A stretch of DNA of 10,454 nt, from the NCBI GenBank assembly GCA_030704615.1, contig JAKLZA010000135.1:1-10454 (forward strand). Direction: 5' to 3'. Origin of the DNA: Takakia lepidozioides. Taxonomy: Eukaryota > Plantae > Bryophyta. Of the stretch, positions 1-8,981 are shown piece by piece. Under the pieces are notes generated by a model. The model worked only from the letters and a program-made list of their open reading frames with translations, searched no databases and was not told the DNA's origin. The position numbers were made by a program, and so were the translations under genes. Position 1 is the first letter of the stretch. Each line of letters starts with the position of its first letter.

Positions 1-154
1 CAAGTGTTAAATACAAATAACTAGTTTTATTCTAGCTGTTTTCACACTGTGCTTATTTAACTTGACAGCTGTCGTGCGCATACATATCGCTACACAACTA
101 CATCGCTGTCCAAACCACACCACACATATATGCACAATAAAGTAGTCTGCCACA
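1..154 (-). repeat. Probable start (U3) of the 3' LTR, truncated by the window edge
   Basis: The minus strand reads AGGGGGGCGAT-TGTGGCAGAC..., a G-run followed by a TG start at 154, about 260 nt after the pol stop. The sequence becomes AT-rich beyond this point. No second copy in the window confirms it. Confidence 0.55.
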
Positions 155-166
155 ATCGCCCCCCTA
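155..166 (-). promoter_or_regulatory. Putative polypurine tract (plus-strand primer)
   Basis: Minus strand AGGGGGG (166-160) plus a short spacer directly before TGTGG at 154, the expected position for a PPT. Confidence 0.55.
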
Positions 167-414
167 GCTGGTGGATAGGTCCCTCTACCTCCAGATAGCT
201 ACAAGATGTAATAGCCACAGCCGTACTAAGTCCTCTATCACTGTCCCTACCGTGCTCAAACTCTATCAACCAAGAGGTCGGGTACAAGAGTAGCCCCATC
301 GTTAGTCGCCGTCTTGCAATCTGTGAGCTTGAGCCAGGATCTCGTGTGTTCAAGGTCTCCTAGTAGCTGGGCCTTGCGTTTCTTGTTAGCCTTCCATGGT
401 TGTATTCACTCCCA

Positions 415-1860
415 CTATCCAATGCAATGTAGACATAACCAATCCCCATCCGGAACCATCTCAAGAGGTGGAGTCAAGCATCCCATATGCCAACCTCTAG
501 AGCACCGATCACATACCAGCATGGTGGCTGCCCCTTTAGCAGACCCACACAACATGCACCTCAAACCTGCAGATACCACTGCCAGGTTTGGGTCAATCCT
601 GTCATCGACATTCGGAAGGTGACATGGCGCACAATTACGCACATGGTCCTTCCAAGTTATGCCATCCCGACCCTCCAAGACCAAGACGCCTGAGGGCAAG
701 ACCTCTCGAACCCTCAAAATAACACGTCCTGCAGTCACATCCAGGGTCGTAGGAGCAGTCTGCTGCAGATAGACATAGTCACCAGGGTTGAATCTCCGAA
801 CCCCAGGACGATAGCCCCCACCACGTATGGTAGCATACCTCAACGTATCACGGTGTTGTGCAATGGCAAGGTTCTCGAAAGCCATGGGCATGACTCTCTT
901 GAACAACTCTGCACGCTGCTCACATGCACGTGCCCACACGTCCGGATCGTCAAGGTTAAGAACTGTAGCAGCTTCTCTGCGAATGGATGTAGGCAAATCC
1001 GGCTCTCGGCCAAAGAGAAGAAAGTATGGTGAGAAGGAGGCAAGTGATGCTTGCTTGCTCAACCTGTAGCCCATGGCTAACCAGGGTAACTGAAAGGTCC
1101 CAATCTCCTAGGTGTCCCTTCTGCAAGCCATACTTGCGCAAACCCCTCTTTACTGTCTGAACAACTCTCTCTGCCAAGCCATCGGCCTCAGGATGATCCC
1201 GAGAAGTGGTGCGGTGGTCTATCAAGGCCTTGTCACACAAAGCCTGAAACTCCCCCAAGAACTCTCTCCCTTGGTCCGTGAGTACCTCAGCTGGAGCACC
1301 GAATCGGCTAAGCACACAATCCAAGAATGCATACGCAGCTCCCTCACTAGCCTTATCAGGCAATGGAACCAATTCAATCCACTTGGAGAAGTGCTCCACC
1401 ATCACCAACACGTACTTGTTGTGGCGCATGGTCAGTGGCAACGGCCCTGCGAAGTCAAGACTCCACCTGTAGCCCAATCCCATGATCGGAAGAGGGTGCA
1501 ATTGTGGAGTAGGGGCGTTGAATGAAACACGCACCCTGTCACACACCATGCACCTAGCCACAAATTGTTGCACCTCTGTGTGCATACCACGCCACCAATA
1601 CTGCCCCTGCAGTAGACTATGAGTGCGTCGCACCCCAAAATGCCCCAACTCCTCATGGGCATGCCGCACTAACCGTGCCCGCTGTGTTGGGTGAGGCACA
1701 ATCCTCACTCGACCATCCTCCCACACTCGGAGCAGGTGTGTCCCCTCCCACCTGAACCTCTTGGCTCGTTGTAGGATCCGATCCCTCTCCTTGGCAGTCA
1801 TAGTGGCTGCCGTGTCTCCACTGCGGAGGTAGTCCAACACAACTGAATCCTCATGTATAT
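415..1860 (-). CDS. pol: Integrase domain of pol (zinc-binding HHCC, DDE core, C-terminal domain, PHD); one frameshift near 1093
   Basis: HAHEELGHFG...YWWRGM...CMVC (HHCC, from about 1657); WSLDFAGP (D at 1456), LTDQGREF (D at 1276), DGLAERVV (E at 1171); SPYFLLFGREPDLP downstream. ORFs 956..2074 and 415..1074 join by removing one base from the A3 run near 1093-1095 (DWDL-QLPWLAMGY). Confidence 0.95.
424..558 (-). CDS. PHD finger (C4HC3) at the integrase C-terminus
   Basis: CMLC-x11-CDRC-x4-H-x2-C-LTPPLEMVPDGDWL-CLHC: all eight zinc ligands plus the typical PPLxxVPxGxWxC signature, ending two codons before the stop at 415-417. Confidence 0.95.
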
Positions 1861-2064
1861 CTTTGGCGCCACCCTGCTCATTGCTGGCCTCAGGGTCCTC
1901 AGACACTTGATCTACAGTCATCCCTGTTGTAGGTCCAACCTGGCCTTCCGCTGCCAAGATACACAGAAATGCAGATGCATGCCATCCGGGCACCATCTCC
2001 TCGTCCGTCTCACCATGCCACCGAGCTCCAGTGTCATCCTGCTGGCTCGTGCATGGATTGCGAC

Positions 2065-2425
2065 TCAAACCCATCTACATTTCGATTGACCAAACCCGGT
2101 CGATGCACCACCTGAAGTCATACTCTTGAAGGATGAGTGCCCACCGTGCAAGCTTCTCCCGTAAGCTTGTCTGACTCCATCAACCACTTGAGTGGTTGGT
2201 GATCCGTGACAAGGGTGAAGAGATTGCCGTATAGATAGCACCTGAAGTGTGCCACGGCCCACACTGCAGCTAAGCATTCTCCCTCATATGAGCTATACTT
2301 AGACTCTGCAGCATTGTTTGAGCGGCTAGCATAAGCCACTACGAACTCTCTTTCTCATCATCCACCTGTGTGAGCACCGCTCCAAGCCCCAGCATGCTCC
2401 AATCTGTATGCAGCTGAAAAGGACC
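2065..2425 (-). CDS. pol: RNase H domain of pol (Ty3/gypsy type), frameshifted
   Basis: FQLHTDWSMLGLGAVLTQ (D at 2402-2404), VAYASRS, YSSYEGECLAAVWAVAHFRCYLYG, LVTDHQPLKWL, LARWALILQEYDF, then GLSR. Confidence 0.93.
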
Positions 2426-2429
2426 CCCT

Positions 2430-3480
2430 GATAGGTCGTCTCAAGATGGGGCCGAGGTCAACCTCGCCTTGAGCTCTTGAAAAGCTTGTTCTTGCTCATC
2501 TTCCACTGCCACTCCTGGTCCACCTTGGTCAGCTTGGTTAGAGCCTTTGCAATGGCACTAAATCCCTTAACAAACCGTCTGTAATAGTTTGCTAACCCCA
2601 TGAAAGCTCGAACTCGGCTCACATCCGTGGGGCGTGGAACTGTGCAATGGACTCTACCTTAGTCTGCTGTACCCCCAATCCTCTAGGATATATCATGTGA
2701 CCCAGATACTCAATCTGGTTGTGGAAAAACTTGCACTTGCCCGGATGTAACTTCAATCCATGCGTCCTCAAGCGCTCAAATACCCCTGAAGGTGTCTCTC
2801 ATGCTCCTCCACCGTAGCACTAAGATGATGATGTCATCTATGTAGCACCGAGCAAACTCCACCCCTGCTAGAATCCTGTCCATGACTCTTGAAACTCAGC
2901 GGAGCGTTTTTAAGCCCAAATGGTAAGAACCGCCACTGGTATAGGCAATCCTTCCCGTGCTCATTGATCCCCCAGAATGCCGTCTTTTGCTTATCCGCCT
3001 CCTTGATCGGCAACTGGTGATATCCGGATCGTAAATCCAACGTGCTAAAGACCTTGGAATGCCCAATGGCATCAAAGATCTCCTCTGGTGTTGGCATGGC
3101 ATACCTATCGGACTTGGTCTGACGATTTACAGGCGGTAATCACCGCACATACGTCTCTCCGTCCAATTGCCATAGACATCCTTCTTAGCTGGCATCACTG
3201 TGGGCTGAAGCATACTCTCCACCAAGAGAGCTCCACCAAACCTGCCTCCCAGAGATCTTGAGTCCTCATCTGAATCAAAGACCTCTCCATGTCACTGTAT
3301 CTATAGGGTCTCCGAAAGATTGGCGTGTCAGTGGCCAACTCAATACGGATCTCTTGACCCTTCAGTGCTCCCAAGTCCTTCAAACTGAAGGCAAAGCAAT
3401 TCCTATAAGCCCTCAGGAACCGCCGTATACGTCGTCTCTCTCCTCCGGTGACAATGGGTCCAATGTCAGGCTCCCAATTG
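2430..3480 (-). CDS. pol: Reverse transcriptase domain of pol, several frameshifts
   Basis: PIFRRPYRYS, RRMCGDYRPVN, FSTLDLRSGYHQ, KTAFW, LPFGLKNAP, catalytic YIDD (2844-2833), KCKFF, YLGH, RAFMGLANYYRRFV. Confidence 0.96.
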
Positions 3481-3839
3481 TCCTCCGTAACTGCAACCTT
3501 AAGTCCAGTGGGCTTAGAGGTAGAGGACGGCCCGTGGTTGCTATGCTGCAACCTCTTGAGCAGTACCCCCTTCCTGCTCAGTCAATGACAAGGCCTCATC
3601 CTGCCCCATCATCTCATCATTGAGAACCTCCTCATCCGAGAAGAATCCTCAACCTCATCCATCACAGCTGCCTTCGCTGCCAACTCCCTCTGAACCTCGA
3701 GCACCTCCCACATGTGCCATGGATGTCTACACCTCGTGGTCCTCACCGGCTCGCCCCACTCGCTGCCTGTACCGTCTCGGTAGGCAGAGAGAGACGTCAA
3801 GGGAAGGAAGTGCACTCCGCACTCTACGTTGCTCAGCCA

Positions 3840-4790
3840 TAGCCAAGCTGACAATCCAGGTCAAGCAATTGAGATCCATTGCTTGCCCCAACACCTGACG
3901 ACGTGATGCCTCAGAAAGAGAAGGCACCGCCGTGGTCCCAGTGGAAAACCCCATAGCCCGCTCTCGCTCGTCGGCATTAGGCTCCACTAACTGCTGCAAC
4001 TGAGCATCCCACAGGAGGCCAGGTCCACCATCCCGAAAAGCATGGGATCCTGGGAAGCTGAGCAGTGTAGGTAATGCTGCTCGTGGTTGACCCACCCTGT
4101 TGACACTGCCAAAGGCGAACGGTCATCGTGTCTCACACGTTGAGACTGCCTTCCTGTGTCCAAAATGCCATCCACGGTGAGGGTGCTGGCCGCTGCACCC
4201 CATCAAATGCACGCTTGAGCAGTGCGGGTGGCATCAAGTTAGTCCACCATAGTCGTGGACGATGAGCCCGTGACCCCACTACAGCTGCATCCAGCAACAC
4301 TGCTGACCCAAGCCACGACCGGACTTGATGCACACTGGCCATCACCCTGGCCCGAGAATCACCCATCAGTGGTACATTCTCCAAGATGTATGCTGGAGAT
4401 ACAGCTTGATGAAGCTGCAAGCAGCGCAAAATCCGCACCATCTCCCAAAACAGACCCGTCCTCGAGTCTTGCAATCCATTGCCATGCCCGGCTGATGAAT
4501 GCCCTTGGCAGGGCCAACCTGCCACTATCAGATCAATGGAGCCAACCTGCTCCAAATCTTGCGCCCCCAACAAGGAAATGTCTGCTGGCAAGGCTTGTTG
4601 GTATCCACGAACTGCAGACACAGGCAACAAGTCAGGGTACTGCTGTACCAACTGAGCCACATGGCGCAGTGAGACGCGTCGTGCAGTCTCATCCCTCTCC
4701 ACATACAGGTAACGCCTACCGTACACCTGCCTGTAGCACAGCAGCCAATCCGGTGCTGATCCCGCCAAACAAGTCCAGAAGGCAAATGCC
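3840..4790 (-). CDS. C5 cytosine DNA methyltransferase catalytic domain, DNMT3-like, embedded in pol; split by a few frameshifts
   Basis: Motif I LLDLFGGISTG (4781-4749); II YVERD; III ADI; IV DLIVAGWPCQGHS (catalytic Cys 4510-4508); V DSRTGLF; VI YILENVP (ENV 4381-4373); VII LLDAA; VIII AHRPRLWWTNL (about 4265-4235); IX ERERAMGF (3969-3946); X RRQVLGQAM (about 3903-3877). The motifs are in canonical I-X order. Confidence 0.92.
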
Positions 4791-5179
4791 TTCATCCGGC
4801 CGCTGCCACACAAGAGGTGTGGTGTCCAATGGCGACAACTGAGGTGGCCCTGGTGCAATCACCGCACTCTCCTCCTCTCCTGACGGTACAAAAGCTTCTA
4901 CCCAAGCTTGTTGCACCCGTCCATCAGCAGCTTGCTGCAAATCCTTGCTCGTACCCCACAACGGAGTGTGAGCAACCATGGCAGGCAACTCCGCCGTACC
5001 ATGCATGTCATCCTGCTCTGCTGGAGGTGGCACATCCTCTGCATGGGCATTGCCTTCCAGCAACTCTCCAGGCCAACTAACTGCAGCTGTGAAGGCGGCT
5101 AGTGTTGGCATCTGCCCCGCTGGGCAGCTGCAATACCCCCAATGAATGTCACAGGGAGCTGTGCTGACACGGCGACCAT

Positions 5180-5602
5180 CCCCTGACTGCCATCCAGGCT
5201 GTAGGATGCTGACTCCTCCCAGAAATCCAGGGTGAAGCCCATGGGGTATAACACTGCCCCACCAACGAAGACATCGTAAGAGACCGCGTCTGTCACAATG
5301 GCCTTGGCTCGCATCACTGAGCCATCTACAGGATGATCCGGATGCAGTCTAATAGCCAACTGATGCCGTGTCATGCCGCGAGCCTGCTCTGATCCTCCCA
5401 GAGATGTCTGTATCTGGAAAGGACAAGGCTCCATATCCGCCTCCATGAGGCCCAAACCTGCAATAGCAGCTCTGCCCAACATCAGTGGCTGAGCTCCTGA
5501 GTCCAACAAGACCCGCAGTGGCCGGTACTTCTTGCCTGCCGGTCCACTCAAAGTGAAAATGCCTCCCTGGTTGTCTAACAAGACAACTCCAGGTGTCACC
5601 AT
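5180..5602 (-). CDS. pol: Retropepsin-type aspartic protease domain of pol
   Basis: RVLLDSGAQ catalytic motif (D at 5503-5501), flap-like IQTSLGG, and YDVFVGGAVL at the position of the ILGxDxL motif. Confidence 0.88.
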
Positions 5603-6137
5603 GGCGCGCTCAATGGCTGGCCTAGCTGGCAGCTCCGTTAACCTGGCAGCTGCAAATTGCCATGCGCGCAGCCGTGGCAGTCTTGACCCTCAAATCCGAG
5701 GATCCTCTGCCACTACATCTTCTACTAACTCCGCAGAAGATGAAGTGACCTCCCCACTCTCACAGAGTGTTGCTGCTAGTCTGAACACTGCAGCTGGTCT
5801 CACCCCCGGCGTCGCAATCATTGTTGCCGAGAACAGTGGGGCCTGACACACAGAGGTGGCTGCCCCCAATAACACCCGGCCGCACTAGCCTTGGCAGCAG
5901 GAGTCAATGCTGCACGTGTAGCTCTCCCCAATGCATAGTAACCTCCGCCTCGGTAACAGTCGGGCGAGAACTAGGTGCCATGGATGGCGTCGACACAGTC
6001 TCCGCCAATGTGAATGACTGAGGAAGCCTTGCCTGACGGCTTGCCTCCCCACGCTGTGGATCCAATTCCACCTCTGCACCTCGTGGCTCAGGAACTCGTG
6101 CTGTCCTCGAGTCACGGCTGCAGCAGACTCCACTGCT

Positions 6138-7732
6138 CTAGTGGTAGTGCTGCTCCGCACATAAATCCCATGCTTCCCATATCTCCTCCCTCAGGAGCAG
6201 GAGGTGGACCATCCCGCCTGGGAGCCGGTACGTACCGCCTGAGCTATAGCCATGGCAGCGAGCCTCTGCTCTAGCTGCTGAAGCCGGGTTGGCCATGCCT
6301 TGATCAACACCCTGACCTCCGCGTCCTTGGCCATGTTGAGGTTGCCCTTGGCCTGCACCTCGTGCCCGACCACCTCGTCCTCTCTGGGCTGGTCCATTTT
6401 GCCCCCGGCCACCATTGTTCCCTTGGAACTGGCCTGGGCGCAAACTCAGGATGCAAGTCATAACACTGGGCATCTCCATGCCCATACTTGCCACAATGCC
6501 CACACTGCAACTGTGCAGGCTGTGCTTGTGGCGGCCTTCTGCCATTCTCTGGGCAATCTCTTTGACATGGGGTCCTCCACATATCCAACATATCACCCCT
6601 GGTTGCTGTTGGCCTGCAAAAGATGCCACGGGCCTCTGCACCTGAGGTCCCCTGTAAGCTCCATGGAACTTGGGCTGGGCAACCTTGCCCCCCTGACCAC
6701 GCTGTTGGGCAGTCCCTTGTGCCTGTGGGCTGACAGCTGTGCCCCGTACAGGCATGTCCTTGCCAAATCCAATGTAACAACTCGCTCCTCCACCATGTTG
6801 AGCTCAATCCGCTCAGCCAGCAGAAACACATTGCTCTAAGGTGGGTTGGGCTGCTTGTAACAGGGTTGCATCTCGCACCCTTCTCTTGAGCTCCTTGTCC
6901 AGAATTCCATACCAAAACTGGATTGCCTGAGCTTCAGTAACCCCTTGGGTCACACTTATCAAGCGCCTCATACGAGTGTACGCCTCTCGCAGGCTCTCAC
7001 TGGGTTTGCGCTGGAAGTCTTGCAAACTTCGCAGCTTCTCTGTCCGTACACCTTGGTAGTTCCTCCGCAACTCCTGGAAGAACTCCACCCCGGGTTGAAT
7101 CTAGGCACATGTGTTGTAGTCGTGGCAGGAGGAGTAGTAGCACCTTTTGAACTGGTACCACCTGCAGAAGTACCAGCACTACTTGCTCCACTACTAGTGC
7201 TGGCAGTGGGAGCTATTGGTACTGATGCAGCTATGGTCGCGTCGTGCCTCGAGTAATGGAGACGTAGTCAGGTGACCAAAACATCCTCCACTCCTCAATC
7301 TCTGCTTCATGTCCTCGCCTGAACTCGTGGTAATCGTCCATAGGCGGGCCTTCCAAATGCTGGAACAGTCCCTTCCACGCATGAATGGGGGTGAATAGCT
7401 GTGGATTGCGCATCTGCTGCTGCAAATCACACCAGATAAAGTCATCCAACTCATTGTGCCCACAGCTCCAGAGTACCTACGAGGCCCCTGGTAGCTCCAT
7501 ACATCTCCTCCATGTCGTCCCACAACAATGGCGAATGAAAGTGCACACCTGTTGATGAAGCCTCCGAGTCTGGTCTGACTCTACAGTAGTTGAGGGTGGC
7601 GGTGAAGGTGGTCTGAACCGAATACCTCGTCTGTGAACCCACTCTCACTGTCACTGCTGTAGCCGTACTCCCCTCAAAACCCTTGGGTAACTCCGTATGA
7701 CACTCACAATGTGCACCTCCTCCACGTGACAC
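6138..7732 (-). CDS. gag: Gag (capsid plus nucleocapsid), frameshifted; start uncertain (candidate ATG at 7513 or further upstream)
   Basis: Retrotrans_gag-like LQDFQRKPSESLREAYTRMRRL...AIQFWYGILDKELKRRV (major-homology-like region), two zinc knuckles, and a Gly/Arg/Gln-rich segment, all upstream of the protease. Confidence 0.85.
6463..6590 (-). other. Two CCHC zinc knuckles of the nucleocapsid
   Basis: CWICGGPHVK/RDC (6590-6553, CX2CX3HX4C, spans a 1-nt frameshift) and CGHCGKYGHGDAQC (6504-6463, CX2CX4HX4C). Confidence 0.85.
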
Positions 7733-7831
7733 TATAAGGCTCTAGTACTAATCTAATAGTGACAACGGGTGGGCACCTGTTGCAGTCTAAGGGTCATATC
7801 CCAATGGCTCAGGGCACCTGCACCTGCATCC

Positions 7832-7925
7832 ACCGCAAGAACTCCTATGGTGGCTGGTCATCAACCCAGCCTCACCATAGAAGAAACACTGGTGGTCTTG
7901 CGGTCATCACTCCAGCCTCACCACC
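7832..7925. repeat. Nested inverted repeats overlapping a 22-nt imperfect direct repeat, upstream of gag
   Basis: CTATGGTG-GCTGG (7845-7857) pairs with CCAGC-ct-CACCATAG (7866-7880). ACCGCAAGA (7832-7840) pairs with TCTTGCGGT (7896-7904). GGTCATCAACCCAGCCTCACCA (7856-7877) versus GGTCATCACTCCAGCCTCACCA (7902-7923) match at 20/22. Confidence 0.75.
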
Positions 7926-8239
7926 GACAGCATACTCTAGGATTGACCGGTGATCAAATCCGGCCTAATCCCTATGAAAGCAAGCGCCCACACAAAACCA
8001 ACATGGCGCACAGTCAAGCATGCAGGTGTTGGGGGGGATCCAAACACAAGAAATCAAACATCAACACCCCCACACCAAAATCCAGCAGCAACGCTGATCC
8101 TGCAGAATATCCCAGCCCAAAACCCCGGACTGACTGGCCTCCACCAAGAGAGGTTGGCAACTACAAGTACAAGGTAATGAAAAAAGTACAGAGATGGAGG
8201 GAAGAATAGAAGCCCGCCCAAGCAAGATCTAATCCTGAT

Positions 8240-8981
8240 CTATTCTATCAGCTTCCAGACTTCTCTCAAAGTGCCTCGCTCTGCTTGATGGTAAGGTGTA
8301 GGAGGTATATCTATGTCCAGAAACCTGCCACTAACCTTGTCCCAAGCTACAGTAGCTCGCTCTAACCAACCCTCCTCCTCTTTCTGCCAGGTAGAGACAA
8401 AGCAACACTCTGCTATCTCCCGCTCACTGAACACTAAAGAAAACAAAGGTAGGGTCTGATAGTCTCTCAACTCGAAAGCTTTGAGACGGTTGCGGGTGTC
8501 CTCATTGCGAATGATGCATCTCCTTCACGCACAACAAAATGTCATTGCTGATGAACCCCCGCTCGTGGTTGCCCTGTGCAGCGCGTATCCGGCTGCAACC
8601 ATGTCTGATTGCACAAATTGTGTAGCTCCTGCTCCTCTGCTCCAGTACACCACGGCCTTGTGGCTGAACACCTTGGTCCGGGGCTGTCTTTGGCTGTGTT
8701 CCAAGCCTAGCTTTCACCCACTTTGGTATTTCACCTACAGCGCAGAACTGCTGCTCCAACAGAGTTCTGACTGTCCAAGGCGATATTGAGGCCCTCAATG
8801 CCAACTACAGCAGTCTGTTGTCTACTGCTAATGCCTGACTCCCAGTATGCAATCAACTCGTCCAACTGTTCTCCACTCAAATCAGTCTGAGTTCCTTGGG
8901 AAACATAAATCCTGTCCCTTGTGTGCACAGGCTAAGAGAAGAGACCTGCCCTTCAATTACGTCCTCATTTCCCCCAGCCAT
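8240..8981 (-). CDS. Hypothetical protein of about 245 aa, stitched across roughly three frameshifts; possible accessory ORF of the element
   Basis: ATG at 8981: MAGGNEDVIEGQVSSLSLCTQGTGFMFPKELRL / SGEQLDELIAYWESGISS... / EIPKWVKARLG...SNDILLCVKE / CIIRNEDTRNRLKAFELRDYQTLPLF...EVWKLIE*. These are abutting same-strand fragments with protein-like composition. No family recognised. Confidence 0.45.

Noticed and set aside
3840-4790. Bacterial or phage restriction-modification methyltransferase, or a host DNMT3/DRM gene
   Set aside because: No restriction enzyme or prokaryotic context; no introns or regulatory N-terminal domains; motif order is not DRM-permuted; the domain is colinear inside pol.
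5690-5692. In-frame TGA 87 nt upstream of the protease ORF as a programmed gag-pol read-through stop
   Set aside because: The 3' context (TGA GGG TCA) is not the CARYYA read-through motif, and two compensating indels give an equally plausible frame (DLRVKTATAA). Undecidable given the indel density.
314-7256. Many plus-strand ORFs (for example 4255..4842, 6300..6839, 1112..1525)
   Set aside because: Antisense shadows of GC-rich gag-pol coding sequence with no recognisable motifs.
415-7732. CpG depletion as a footprint of self-methylation
   Set aside because: A spot check (4141-4260: about 5 CG versus 11 GC) suggests mild depletion, but this was not computed across the element and host methylation of transposons would explain it equally well.
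7788-7810. Possible LTR end and PBS (minus strand ...GAGCCA-T-TGGGATATGACCC)
   Set aside because: I cannot match it to a tRNA 3' end, and the upstream sequence shows no similarity to 1-154.
7856-7923. Two 22-nt repeats with a 24-nt spacer as a mini CRISPR array
   Set aside because: Only two imperfect units, no cas genes, and a eukaryotic retroelement context.
7759-8209. Plus-strand ORFs 7759..7953, 7769..8209 and 7950..8177
   Set aside because: Low-complexity C/A-rich translations with no motif, more consistent with a non-coding leader.
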